DNA from: an uncultured Pelagibacteraceae bacterium
Lineage (GTDB): Bacteria; Pseudomonadota; Alphaproteobacteria; Pelagibacterales; Pelagibacteraceae
Length of the DNA stretch: 64,000 nucleotides
Direction: 5' to 3'
NCBI GenBank assembly: GCA_902629935.1
Contig: CACOSU010000005.1
Coordinates: 3,548 to 67,547 of the forward strand
The notes under the pieces were generated by a model. It saw only the letters and a program-made list of their open reading frames with translations, did no database searches and was not told the origin of the DNA. Within the stretch, counting starts at the first letter, position 1, and the number at the start of each line of letters is the position of its first letter. Below, piece by piece: positions 31,416-40,875 of this stretch. The translations under genes were made by a program, and so were the position numbers.

Positions 31416-32297
31416 ATGTTCAAAGGATCAAATGTTGCTTTAATTACACCATTTAAAAATAATGGTCTAGATGAGGAAGCATATATAAAATTAATCCATT
31501 TCCACATCGATAATGGTACTAATGGACTTGTGCCGGCTGGTACAACAGGTGAATCCCCTACGTTAAATCATGATGAGCATCAAAGAGTAATAGATTTATG
31601 TATAAAAGAAAGTAATGGAAAAATTCCAGTTATTGCTGGTACGGGTTCCAACTCAACTGAGGAGGCTATTTCTTTAACCACACATGCAGAAAAAGCAGGA
31701 GCTAATGGAGCTTTGATAGTTACACCATATTACAATAAACCAACTCAAGAAGGCTTGTATCAACATTATAAAGCAATTAATGATAAGTGCGGTATTCCAA
31801 TTATAATTTATAATATTCCTGGTAGATCAGTTATTGATATGTCAGTGGACACAATGGCTAGACTATATGAATTAAAAAATATAGTTGGTGTTAAAGATGC
31901 AACAGGCGATTTAGATAGAGTTAATCAGACACTTGAAAAAATGGGTAAAGATTTTATTCAATTAACAGGTAATGATGACAATGTTTTTGAATTTAATAAA
32001 CGTGGTGGAGTAGGTACTATTAGTGTAACAGCAAATATTGCACCTAAACTTTGTTCAGATTTTCAAAAATTCTCTAAATCAGATGCTGATAATGAAATAA
32101 AAGAAGCAGAAAGATTAGATAAAATATTACAACCAGTTCATCACGCAATGTTTGTTGAGAGCAATCCTAGTCCTGTAAAATATGCTGCAAAACTTTTAGG
32201 ACTTTGTGATGATAATGTAAGACTACCACTTGTAAAAGTGACAGACACAACAAAAGAAATTGTAAAAAAAGCTCTCCAGTCTGCTAAGTTAATTTAA
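31416..32297 (+). CDS. dapA: 4-hydroxy-tetrahydrodipicolinate synthase
   Basis: ALITPF...[14 protein letters not shown]...IAGTGSNST...YNKP motifs. Confidence 0.96.
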   Translation: MFKGSNVALITPFKNNGLDEEAYIKLIHFHIDNGTNGLVPAGTTGESPTLNHDEHQRVIDLCIKESNGKIPVIAGTGSNSTEEAISLTTHAEKAGANGALIVTPYYNKPTQEGLYQHYKAINDKCGIPIIIYNIPGRSVIDMSVDTMARLYELKNIVGVKDATGDLDRVNQTLEKMGKDFIQLTGNDDNVFEFNKRGGVGTISVTANIAPKLCSDFQKFSKSDADNEIKEAERLDKILQPVHHAMFVESNPSPVKYAAKLLGLCDDNVRLPLVKVTDTTKEIVKKALQSAKLI

Positions 32298-32767
32298 TGA
32301 ACAAAAAAACCAATTCTGGTTTGAAAATCATTTGTTTAAATAGAAAAGCTAGTTTTAACTATTTTTTTGAAGATCTATTTGAAGCTGGGGTTGTTTTAAA
32401 AGGATCTGAAATTAAATCTGTAAGAGAAGGCAAGGTTAATATTGCTGAGTCTTATGCTGTTGAAAAGGGAGGTGAAATTGTTTTAATTAATTCACATATA
32501 TCTCCATATAAGCAGGCTAGTTATTCTAATCATAATCCAACCGATGATAGGAAATTACTTCTTAATAAAAAAGAAATAAATAAATTAATTGGAAAAATGC
32601 ATAGAGATGGTTTCACATTAGTTCCAACAAAAATGTATTTTAAAAAAGGAAAGGCTAAAATAGAATTAGCTGTTGCTAAAGGAAAAAAACAATATGATAA
32701 AAGAGCAACAAAAAAAAATAGAGATTGGAACCGTGAAAAGGCAAGATACATTAGAAAATCAAGCTAA
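32297..32767 (+). CDS. smpB: SsrA-binding protein
   Basis: [29 protein letters not shown] signature, 156 aa. Confidence 0.95.
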   Translation: MNKKTNSGLKIICLNRKASFNYFFEDLFEAGVVLKGSEIKSVREGKVNIAESYAVEKGGEIVLINSHISPYKQASYSNHNPTDDRKLLLNKKEINKLIGKMHRDGFTLVPTKMYFKKGKAKIELAVAKGKKQYDKRATKKNRDWNREKARYIRKSS

Positions 32768-33251
32768 AATAGTATTTTTAGGAATAGGTTCAAATCTAGG
32801 TCAAAGAAAAACGAATATAGAAAAAGCAAAATTTTTGTTGACAGATTGTAAATTAGATTTTCTATCGGTATCTAGTTATTATGAGTCTCCGTCCTGGCCA
32901 GATCCAACAAAACCTAAATTCATAAATATAATTTTAAAATTAAAATGTTATTACAGTCCTCAAGAACTATTAAAAATATGTAAATCTATTGAAACTCAAT
33001 TAGGAAGAAAAAAAGCACAAAAAAACGCTCCTCGTACATGTGATATTGACATAATAGATTTTAATAAATTGGTATTAAGAAAAAATTCTAGAATTAATTT
33101 GCCTCACAAAATGATGCATAAAAGAAACTTTGTATTGTTTCCATTATTTGAAATTCAAAAGAATTGGATCCATCCTGATAAACAAATTGATGTTAAAACC
33201 TTGATTTCTCTACTTCCTGATAGAGACATTAGATCTATTAAACAAATTTAA
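32673..33251 (+). CDS. folK: 2-amino-4-hydroxy-6-hydroxymethyldihydropteridine diphosphokinase (HPPK); start codon uncertain
   Basis: [10 protein letters not shown]...PRTCDIDII...[16 protein letters not shown] motifs. The conserved core begins only at ~32772. In-frame starts are ATG 32673, ATG 32694 and GTG 32733, all inside smpB. Confidence 0.85.
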   Translation: MLKEKNNMIKEQQKKIEIGTVKRQDTLENQAKIVFLGIGSNLGQRKTNIEKAKFLLTDCKLDFLSVSSYYESPSWPDPTKPKFINIILKLKCYYSPQELLKICKSIETQLGRKKAQKNAPRTCDIDIIDFNKLVLRKNSRINLPHKMMHKRNFVLFPLFEIQKNWIHPDKQIDVKTLISLLPDRDIRSIKQI

Positions 33252-33272
33252 TTTAGTGGTATAATAGTAATT

Positions 33273-35030
33273 ATGCTTAATTCAAATGAACTTATAAATA
33301 AAGTTAAAAATTATAATAAATTTCTAAATCCTGAAAGATTGGATAAAGCATATAATTTTGCTGTTAAAGCACATAAGAGTCAAAAAAGAGCTTCAGGTGA
33401 CCCTTATTCAGTTCACCCAATTGAGGTCGCAAATATTTTAACAGAATTAAAATTAGATAGCGCTACAATTGCAACAGGTCTATTGCATGACACTATTGAA
33501 GATACTTTTGCAACTTATGAAACTATAAAACAAGAATTCGGAGATGAGGTTGCTGATTTAGTTGATGGTGTAACAAAAATTTCTGCATTTGAAAATTCTG
33601 CTGGAGCTAATTCTAAAGTTGAGAATTTTCGAAAATTAATTTTAGCAACATCAAAAGACATCAGAGTTCTGTTAGTCAAAATTGCTGATCGACTACATAA
33701 TATGAGGACCATTAAAGCTATAAAAAAAGAAGATAAAAGAAAAAGAATAGCTCAAGAAACTATGGAAATTTATGCTCCATTAGCTGATAGAATGGGAATG
33801 CACAGAATAAGAGACGAGCTTGAAGATTTATCTTTTGAAATTTTAAATAACGATGCAAGAAAATTAATAAAAAAAAGACTTGATGAAATAAAATTGGATA
33901 GAAAAGATTTATTTGAAGAACAATCTTTTGAGTTAAGTGAAATTTTGAATGATAATGAAATTAATGCCGAGATTCATGGTAGAGAAAAAACTCCTTTTTC
34001 AATTTGGAGAAAAGTTCAAAAAAAAAGAGTTTCACTTGAACAAATAACAGACATTATCGGATTTAGGATAATTTTGAGAACTGTAGACGATTGTTACAAA
34101 ACTCTTGGTATTTTCCATAAAGAATGGAATTGTATACCAGGAAAATTTAAAGATTATATTTCTTCTCCAAAAATTAATGGTTATAAATCTATTCATACTT
34201 CTGTAATTGGTTCAAACAAAAAACCAATAGAAATTCAAATTAGAACTCAAGAAATGCATGAGTTTGCTGAAAGAGGTATTGCATCACATTGGCAGTATAA
34301 ATCTTCTGAAAAATTTAATTCTGTAAGCTGGAAGGAGTATGATTGGTTAAAAGATCTTGTTGAGATTATAGAAAAAAATGAAAATCCCGAAGACTCATAT
34401 GAGTACACAAAACTACAAATGTTTCAGGAAAACGTTTTTTGTTTCACACCAAAGGGATCGGTAATAAAATTACCAAAAGATGCCACAGCTATAGATTTTG
34501 CATACGCTGTTCATACCAAAATTGGTAATTCAGCAGTTGGTTGTGAAATAAATGGAAACAAAAGTGAACTACAATCTATTTTAAGAAATGGTGATCGTGT
34601 GAATATTATCACATCTAAAAATAATTCGCCTTCTCTTCATTGGATACCAACAACTAAAACAGGTAAAGCTAGAGCTGCAATAAGAAGATATTGGCATGAT
34701 AAAGGAGAGCAAAAAGAAGAAAAAACAAAAAAATACAATACTACCTTATGGATGTCATTGCCTGATAAGCCAGGACAATTAGGAGATATAAGCTCACTAA
34801 TTGGAAGTCATAAATTAAATATATCGGGTTTAGAAATGGTTGGTAAAAATCCCAATTATATTAATTTCAAATTTAAATTAATTATTAGAAACCTTAAGAA
34901 TTTTACTAATTTTATTGCAGAGCTAAAACAAAAGAGTATAAAATTTAAGATAATCAGACACGAAGAAAAAAGAAATGCTTTCACACAAAAAATCCTTAAA
35001 TATTTTAAAAAAAAACTAATGCATTATTAG
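33273..35030 (+). CDS. spoT: bifunctional (p)ppGpp synthetase/hydrolase (RSH family), compact 585 aa
   Basis: HD hydrolase motifs (HPIEVA, LLHDTIEDT), synthetase motifs (GYKSIHT, EIQIRTQEMH), TGS domain and a C-terminal ACT-like segment. Confidence 0.93.
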   Translation: MLNSNELINKVKNYNKFLNPERLDKAYNFAVKAHKSQKRASGDPYSVHPIEVANILTELKLDSATIATGLLHDTIEDTFATYETIKQEFGDEVADLVDGVTKISAFENSAGANSKVENFRKLILATSKDIRVLLVKIADRLHNMRTIKAIKKEDKRKRIAQETMEIYAPLADRMGMHRIRDELEDLSFEILNNDARKLIKKRLDEIKLDRKDLFEEQSFELSEILNDNEINAEIHGREKTPFSIWRKVQKKRVSLEQITDIIGFRIILRTVDDCYKTLGIFHKEWNCIPGKFKDYISSPKINGYKSIHTSVIGSNKKPIEIQIRTQEMHEFAERGIASHWQYKSSEKFNSVSWKEYDWLKDLVEIIEKNENPEDSYEYTKLQMFQENVFCFTPKGSVIKLPKDATAIDFAYAVHTKIGNSAVGCEINGNKSELQSILRNGDRVNIITSKNNSPSLHWIPTTKTGKARAAIRRYWHDKGEQKEEKTKKYNTTLWMSLPDKPGQLGDISSLIGSHKLNISGLEMVGKNPNYINFKFKLIIRNLKNFTNFIAELKQKSIKFKIIRHEEKRNAFTQKILKYFKKKLMHY

Positions 35031-35563
35031 AAGGTCACTTTGTTCTATCTTCAGGTCTCCATTCTGCAAAATATATTCAGTGCGCAAAACTTTTAAGTTT
35101 CCCAAATTTAGCCGATAAAATTTGTAAATCTTTATCAAAAAAAATTAAAAAAAAATTTAAAAAAATTGATTTAATACTAGCTCCGGCGATGGGTGGTGTA
35201 ATTATTGGATATGAAATAGGAAAATTACTTAAAAAAGAGACAATTTTTTGTGAAAGGGTAAATGGTAAATTTACCCTCAGACGAGGTTTTAATATTAAAA
35301 AAGGAGCAAGAGTATTAATTATAGAAGATGTTATCACTACAGGAAAATCAAGCTTAGAATGTGTAAAGTTAATTAAAAAATCAAAAGCAAGATTAATCGG
35401 ATATGCATGTATAATTGATCGATCGACAAAACAATCATTAAAAATAAAAACTGGAATTACATCTCATTTAAAAATAAACGTTCCGACTTATAAAGCAAAT
35501 AAATTGCCACTAGAACTTAAGACAACAGCAATAACTACTCCAGGAAGCAGATTTATTAAGTGA
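34975..35563 (+). CDS. pyrE: orotate phosphoribosyltransferase, reading frame interrupted inside an A9 run (35007-35015)
   Basis: The 35009-35563 frame encodes KKTNALLEGHFVLSSGLHS...VLIIEDVITTGKS (PRPP motif) but has no start codon before Met 35189. The frame one nt upstream gives ATG34975-MLSHKKSLNILKK up to the A run. Removing one A joins them as ...SLNILKKTNALLEGHF..., a normal PyrE N-terminus. Confidence 0.8.
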
Positions 35564-36282
35564 AAAGGTTAGGTGTAAATATTGATCATATTGCAACTCT
35601 ACGTAATGCTCGTGGAGAAAAACATCCTGATCCGATAAATGCAGCTAAAAAGGTTATAAGTTATGGAGCTGATTCTGTAACAATTCATTTAAGAGAAGAT
35701 AGAAGACATATAAATGATATTGATGCAAAAAAAATATGTGGTTTAAAAAATGTTCTCGTAAACCTTGAAATTTCTATGAATAAAGAAATTGTTAACAAAG
35801 CAATTAAGATAAAACCAAATTTTATATGTTTAGTTCCAGAAAATAGAAAAGAAATTACTACAGAAGGAGGTTTAAATATAAAAAATAACTATAACAAATT
35901 AAAAAAAATAATTAATAAATTTAAAAAAGCAAATATAAGAACAAGTTTATTCATTAATCCTTCTTCAAATGACATTAGACTTGCAAAGAAATTAAATGCC
36001 GATTGTGTTGAAATACATACTGGAAAATTAGCGAACTTAATTAAATCAAATAAAAATTATTCTAAAGAATTAATCAGAATTAAAAAAAGTACAAAATTAG
36101 GATCAAGTTTAAAAATAGAGGTTCATGCCGGCCATGGTTTGGACTATAAAACTACTAAAATATTAACAAAAATAATAGATATAGAAGAATATAACATTGG
36201 ACATTTTATAATTGGTGAATCTATATTTTATGGTCTTTCAAAAGTGATTAAAAACTTTAAAAAAATTATAAAAAATAAATGA
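35560..36282 (+). CDS. pdxJ: pyridoxine 5'-phosphate synthase (GTG start, GTGA overlap with the pyrE stop)
   Basis: LGVNIDHIATLRNARG...HLREDRRHI...EVHAGHGL motifs. Confidence 0.95.
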   Translation: MKRLGVNIDHIATLRNARGEKHPDPINAAKKVISYGADSVTIHLREDRRHINDIDAKKICGLKNVLVNLEISMNKEIVNKAIKIKPNFICLVPENRKEITTEGGLNIKNNYNKLKKIINKFKKANIRTSLFINPSSNDIRLAKKLNADCVEIHTGKLANLIKSNKNYSKELIRIKKSTKLGSSLKIEVHAGHGLDYKTTKILTKIIDIEEYNIGHFIIGESIFYGLSKVIKNFKKIIKNK

Positions 36283-36665
36283 GAGTACTTGGTATTGGTG
36301 TAGATATTGTTGAAAATAGAAGAATTCAAAAATCTATTAAAAATCCTTTATTTAAAAAAAGAATTTATACACCTAAAGAATTAAAGCAATCTAATATTGT
36401 GATCAATAAAGTAGGTTATTTTTCAAAGCGATTTGCTGCAAAAGAAGCATTTTCTAAAGCCCTTGGCATAGGTTTTCGTATGAATTTAAAATTTAAAGAT
36501 ATAGAAGTTATTAATGATAAAATGGGAAAGCCTTATTATGTTATAAATAAAAAAATTATAAAAATTATTAAAAAGAAATTTAAAATCAAAAGTTTTAAAT
36601 GTTTTTTATCAATTTCAGATGAAAAAAATTATTCAACAGCATTTGCAATTATTCAAATATCATGA
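36279..36665 (+). CDS. acpS: holo-[acyl-carrier-protein] synthase
   Basis: GIGVDIVENRRI start and FAAKEAFSKALG motif. Confidence 0.92.
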   Translation: MRVLGIGVDIVENRRIQKSIKNPLFKKRIYTPKELKQSNIVINKVGYFSKRFAAKEAFSKALGIGFRMNLKFKDIEVINDKMGKPYYVINKKIIKIIKKKFKIKSFKCFLSISDEKNYSTAFAIIQIS

Positions 36666-37399
36666 AATTAGATAAAAATTTCTTTTCAGAAAACATCAAA
36701 ACATTATTTTATGCTCTAATAATTGCGGTAATTATTAGATCCTTTTTGATACAACCTTTTTACATTCCTTCGTCATCTATGGAACCTACTTTATTAGTTG
36801 GAGATCGATTGTTTGTAACTAAATATACCTATGGATATAGCAAACATTCTTTTCCTTTTAGTCCCCCAGTATTAAACAACAGAATTATGTTTAGTAGTCC
36901 TGAAAGAGGTGATGTAATTGTATTTAAAACACCAGCAGATAATCGAACAGATTATATCAAAAGATTGATAGGTTTACCCGGTGATAAAATTCAGTTTATT
37001 GATTCCAATTTATATCTAAATAATTCAGAAATTCTAAAGTCAAGAGTTAATAATAAGTCCATCATTTATTGTGGTGATAAAAATATTGAAGTTTATAGAT
37101 TTGAAGAAAAACTTCCAAATGGAAATAAATTTCATACTGTTTATTTAAAAGATTATACTTATCAAAATTCAGATTTATTTATTGTTCCAAAAGATCATTA
37201 TTTCTTTCTAGGTGATAATAGAGATTGCTCTAAAGATAGTAGATATTTAACAAGTGTTGGTTATGTTCATAAAGATAATTTAGTAGGAAAAGCTCAATTT
37301 ATATTTTTTTCTTCAGACAAAAAAATTGGAAGATTTTTAGAGTTTTGGAAATGGCATAAGTCAATAAGGTTCAATAGAACATTTAATAAAATAAATTAA
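36662..37399 (+). CDS. lepB: signal peptidase I
   Basis: Catalytic SSSMEPTL, KRLIGLPGD and GDNRDCSKDSR boxes. Confidence 0.95.
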   Translation: MKLDKNFFSENIKTLFYALIIAVIIRSFLIQPFYIPSSSMEPTLLVGDRLFVTKYTYGYSKHSFPFSPPVLNNRIMFSSPERGDVIVFKTPADNRTDYIKRLIGLPGDKIQFIDSNLYLNNSEILKSRVNNKSIIYCGDKNIEVYRFEEKLPNGNKFHTVYLKDYTYQNSDLFIVPKDHYFFLGDNRDCSKDSRYLTSVGYVHKDNLVGKAQFIFFSSDKKIGRFLEFWKWHKSIRFNRTFNKIN

Positions 37400-38067
37400 T
37401 GAAAATTAATTATCAGTATTTAGAAAAAAAAATTGATTTAAAGTTTAAAAATAAAAATCTTCTTATCCAAGCCCTTACTCACAAAAGTTATAATCCAAAT
37501 GAAAACAATGAAAAAATAGAATTCTTAGGTGATAGAGTTCTTGGATTGGTTATTGCAAAAAAACTTTTAGAGATTTATCCAGAGGAAAATGAAGGTATAT
37601 TAGATAAAAAATTTGCTTCCTTAGTCAATAAAAAAACTTGTTTAGATATAGCAAAAAAAATAAATTTGGCCACTTACGTAAAAACGTTTAATCCTAATAA
37701 TAAAAAAATCAAAATTGAGGATAAAATTATTTCGGATAGTTGTGAAGCTTTAATTGGCGCTATTTATCTTGATAAAGGTTTTACAACTGTAGAAAAAACA
37801 ATCTTAAACTTGTGGAAAAATCACATTAAAAAAAGTGTAATAACCGAAATTGATGCTAAAACAAAGTTACAGGAATTGACTTTAAAAAATTTTAAAAAAT
37901 TGCCAACCTATAAAGTAATTTCAAATACAGGTCCAAGGCACAAACCGATATTTAAGGTTGGTGTTAAATTACCAAATACAAAATATTTTGTAGCTTCTGG
38001 TAAATCCAAAAAAGAAGCTGAACAAAATGCAGCAATAGAATGTTTAAAAAATACAAATAAAAAATGA
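37399..38067 (+). CDS. rnc: ribonuclease III
   Basis: NEKIEFLGDRVLGL signature and a C-terminal dsRBD (GPRHKPIFKVGV...GKSKKEAEQNAA). Confidence 0.95.
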   Translation: MKINYQYLEKKIDLKFKNKNLLIQALTHKSYNPNENNEKIEFLGDRVLGLVIAKKLLEIYPEENEGILDKKFASLVNKKTCLDIAKKINLATYVKTFNPNNKKIKIEDKIISDSCEALIGAIYLDKGFTTVEKTILNLWKNHIKKSVITEIDAKTKLQELTLKNFKKLPTYKVISNTGPRHKPIFKVGVKLPNTKYFVASGKSKKEAEQNAAIECLKNTNKK

Positions 38068-38744
38068 ATTGGTCTGACGAAGGATTTTTAATTAGCAAAA
38101 CTAGATATAATGAAAATTCATTAATTGCTGAATTGTTTACAAAAGATAGAGGTAAGATATCAGGAATTATATTTGGAGGTACCTCAAAAAAAATTAAAAA
38201 TTATCTTCAGGTTGGTAATAAACTTCATGCTAACTATAACTCCAAAAATGAAAATAGAATTGGTTATTTTAAAATTGAAATTTTAAATGCTTATACCCCA
38301 TTATATTTTGACCATAAACAAAAGCTGTCTTGTATCACGTCAGCTATGAATTTAATTAAATTATTGACGGCGGAATCGCAATCTAATGATAAAGTGTATT
38401 TTATTATTCAAAATTTATTCTTAATTTTAAAAGAAAAAGATTGGTTGAAAAAATATATATTTTGGGAATTGGAGTTGTTTAAAATATTAGGATATGACTT
38501 AGCACTTGAGAATTTAGTCGAAAAAGATTTAGAGGGTAATAAAACTGTTTATTATGCTAACTCTTTAAATGAAAAGAAATATGTACCTAATTTTTTGATT
38601 GAAAAAGATATAGAAGTTTCTGAATTAAGTACTTTATTAAATGGCTTAAAACTAGTGGGTGACTATTTGGATAAGACAATATTAAGACCAAATAATTTAA
38701 ATTATCCAAATAGCAGGATGTTATTTTTAAATACTTTGAAATAA
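38064..38744 (+). CDS. recO: DNA repair protein RecO
   Basis: N-terminal OB-fold segment (DEGFLISKTRYNENSLIAELFTKDRGKISGI), size and position downstream of rnc. Confidence 0.85.
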   Translation: MNWSDEGFLISKTRYNENSLIAELFTKDRGKISGIIFGGTSKKIKNYLQVGNKLHANYNSKNENRIGYFKIEILNAYTPLYFDHKQKLSCITSAMNLIKLLTAESQSNDKVYFIIQNLFLILKEKDWLKKYIFWELELFKILGYDLALENLVEKDLEGNKTVYYANSLNEKKYVPNFLIEKDIEVSELSTLLNGLKLVGDYLDKTILRPNNLNYPNSRMLFLNTLK

Positions 38745-39734
38745 TTATTTAAGTATTTTATCAAGTCTATCAGCGTAATAACTTACTATAGCATTAGCTC
38801 CAGCTCTTTTAAAGGCAACTAAGCTTTCAAATATAGCGTCTTTATTTATTAATTTCTTTGCTATAGCTGTCTCCATTAAACTATATTCTCCAGAAACTTG
38901 ATATGCAAAAACAGGTAATTTGAATTTTTCTTTGATAGACTTTATTATATCTAAGTAAGGCATACCTGGTTTAACCATCACCATATCTGCACCCTCTTTA
39001 ATATCTAATGCAACTTCTCTCAATGCTTCATCAGAATTTCTATAGTCCATCTGGTATGTTTTTTTGTCACCTTTTAATGAACCCTTGGACCCAACGGCGT
39101 CTCTAAAGGGTCCATAAAAGCTTGAGGCATATTTTGCTGCATAAGACAATATTTGTACGTTTTTGAACTTATGTTTATCTAAAGCTTTTCTTATTTTACC
39201 TATTCTACCATCCATCATGTCTGATGGTGCAAGAACATCACAACCCATTTCTGCCTGAAGTAATGACTGATTAATCAAGACTTCAACAGTTTCGTCATTT
39301 AGTATCGTGTTAGACTTGATTATACCGTCATGACCATGTGATGTGTAAGGATCTAAAGCTACATCACACATTATACCAATTTGATTTTTATACTTTTTTT
39401 TGATCTGTTGTATTGCCCTACAAACTAAATTGTTTTCATTAAGTGATTCTGTACCTAATTCATTTTTGTATTTATCTTGGGTTTTTGGAAAAAGTGCAAC
39501 CATTGGTATCCGTTTTTTTATGGCTCTGTCTACAACTTGGCTCAGTCGATTAATCGTGTATCTATAAACACCCGGCATAGATAAAATTTCTTGTCTTTTA
39601 TTAGAGCCCTCAATCAAAAAAATAGGTAATATAAAGTCGTTTGGACTTAACGTATTTTCCTGGATCAGTCTTCTTGACCACGATTCTTTCCTATTTCTTC
39701 TTAATCTCAGGCCAGGGTATTTTCCAATAATCAT
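38745..39734 (-). CDS. hemB: porphobilinogen synthase (Asp-rich, Mg-type metal site)
   Basis: RLRRNR, DVALDPYTSHGHDG (Asp where Zn-type enzymes have Cys) and the active-site Lys region MVKPG. Confidence 0.96.
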   Translation of the reverse strand: MIIGKYPGLRLRRNRKESWSRRLIQENTLSPNDFILPIFLIEGSNKRQEILSMPGVYRYTINRLSQVVDRAIKKRIPMVALFPKTQDKYKNELGTESLNENNLVCRAIQQIKKKYKNQIGIMCDVALDPYTSHGHDGIIKSNTILNDETVEVLINQSLLQAEMGCDVLAPSDMMDGRIGKIRKALDKHKFKNVQILSYAAKYASSFYGPFRDAVGSKGSLKGDKKTYQMDYRNSDEALREVALDIKEGADMVMVKPGMPYLDIIKSIKEKFKLPVFAYQVSGEYSLMETAIAKKLINKDAIFESLVAFKRAGANAIVSYYADRLDKILK

Positions 39735-39753
39735 GTTTTAATTTACTTTTAAA

Positions 39754-39782
39754 TTGCGACAAAAGTAATATACACATATACA
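39754..39782 (+). promoter_or_regulatory. candidate sigma70-type promoter for the 39808 gene (and rpiB-glyA downstream)
   Basis: TTGCGA (39754-39759), 17-nt spacer, TATACA (39777-39782), in the 73-bp divergent spacer. Confidence 0.3.
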
Positions 39783-39807
39783 AAAAAAAGGGTAGAAAAC
39801 AACCAGA

Positions 39808-40446
39808 ATGAGTACAGAAAATTCAAAAGTAATAGATCTAAATATTAAAAAAGAAGATAGAGTTTTAGACTTTAGAGATTTTCAAAAACAAAAGGTTAAA
39901 TTTGATATTTCTAAATTACAGGAAGCATACCATCAAATAGTCAAAATTAAAAAATTTGAAGACGCAGGTGTTACTCACTTTGGAGCAATATCATTGACCC
40001 AAATACCTGGTGATCCAGATTCTATTAAAGGCAACAAAGCTAGAGGTGTGTATTGGACAAAACCTGACAAATCAGGAAATGAGGTTATTAGAGATGAAGC
40101 TTTGGATGAATCAAAGTATTCTGAATTCGTAAAGGATTATGAAAATACTTATTTTAAGGAAGTATACGATATCTTATCATCAAATTATAAACTTGGACGT
40201 ATGAGAATTTTGTTAAAAGAACCAAGATCAACACTGAGTTGGCACAGAGATCCAGAACCGAGATTACATATACCTATTATAACAAACCCTGGTTGTATAA
40301 TGGTAATAGATAATGTAGCTAAACACATGCCTGCTGATGGCTCAGTGTGGGTTACTAATAATACTAAGTATCACAATGCATTCAATGGTGGAGAAGAGAA
40401 TAGAATACATTTAGTTGCATGTGTCTTAGATTATAAATTTAATTAA
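39808..40446 (+). CDS. aspartyl/asparaginyl beta-hydroxylase-family (cupin, 2OG/Fe(II)-type) protein, substrate unknown
   Basis: LSWHRDPEPRLHIPI...KYHNAFNGGEENRIHLV matches the H-x-D...H facial-triad layout and the R-x-H-L tail of the Asp/Asn beta-hydroxylase family. Confidence 0.65.
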   Translation: MSTENSKVIDLNIKKEDRVLDFRDFQKQKVKFDISKLQEAYHQIVKIKKFEDAGVTHFGAISLTQIPGDPDSIKGNKARGVYWTKPDKSGNEVIRDEALDESKYSEFVKDYENTYFKEVYDILSSNYKLGRMRILLKEPRSTLSWHRDPEPRLHIPIITNPGCIMVIDNVAKHMPADGSVWVTNNTKYHNAFNGGEENRIHLVACVLDYKFN

Positions 40447-40447
40447 T

Positions 40448-40873
40448 TTGAAAACTATCTTTATTTCATCTGACCATGCTGGATTTAAATTAAAAGAAAG
40501 CATCAAAAATTATTTAAAAAATAAAAAAATAAAATTTATGGATTTAGGTCCAATGAATGATAGTAAAGTTGATTATCCAGACTATGCACATAAAGTTGCA
40601 AGAAAGGTTAAGGTCAATAAAAATAATATTGGTATTCTGGTGTGTGGATCAGGGACAGGAATGAATATTGCGGCAAATAAGCATAAAAATATTCGCGCAG
40701 CACAATGTTTTAATCTAAAATCAACAAAATTATCAAGATTGCATAATGATGCAAACATCATTACATTAGGCTCTAGATTAATAACCAAAAAGAATGCTTT
40801 GAAGTTTGTAAGTGTTTTTTTAAATACTAAATTTGATGGTGGTAGACACTTAAAAAGGGTAAAAAAAATATAA
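40448..40873 (+). CDS. rpiB: ribose 5-phosphate isomerase B (TTG start)
   Basis: RpiB/LacAB family: [35 protein letters not shown]. Confidence 0.92.
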   Translation: MKTIFISSDHAGFKLKESIKNYLKNKKIKFMDLGPMNDSKVDYPDYAHKVARKVKVNKNNIGILVCGSGTGMNIAANKHKNIRAAQCFNLKSTKLSRLHNDANIITLGSRLITKKNALKFVSVFLNTKFDGGRHLKRVKKI

Positions 40874-40875
40874 TT

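Noticed and set aside
35077-35337. 86-aa minus-strand ORF in the spoT-pdxJ interval
   Set aside because: It is antisense to the conserved pyrE reading frame and has a hydrophobic low-complexity translation.
35189-35563. Treating the 124-aa ORF starting at Met 35189 as the complete pyrE gene
   Set aside because: The same frame upstream (35009-35188) encodes the conserved PyrE N-terminal region (LLEGHFVLSSGLHS...), so the ORF-track start truncates the enzyme. See the frameshift finding.
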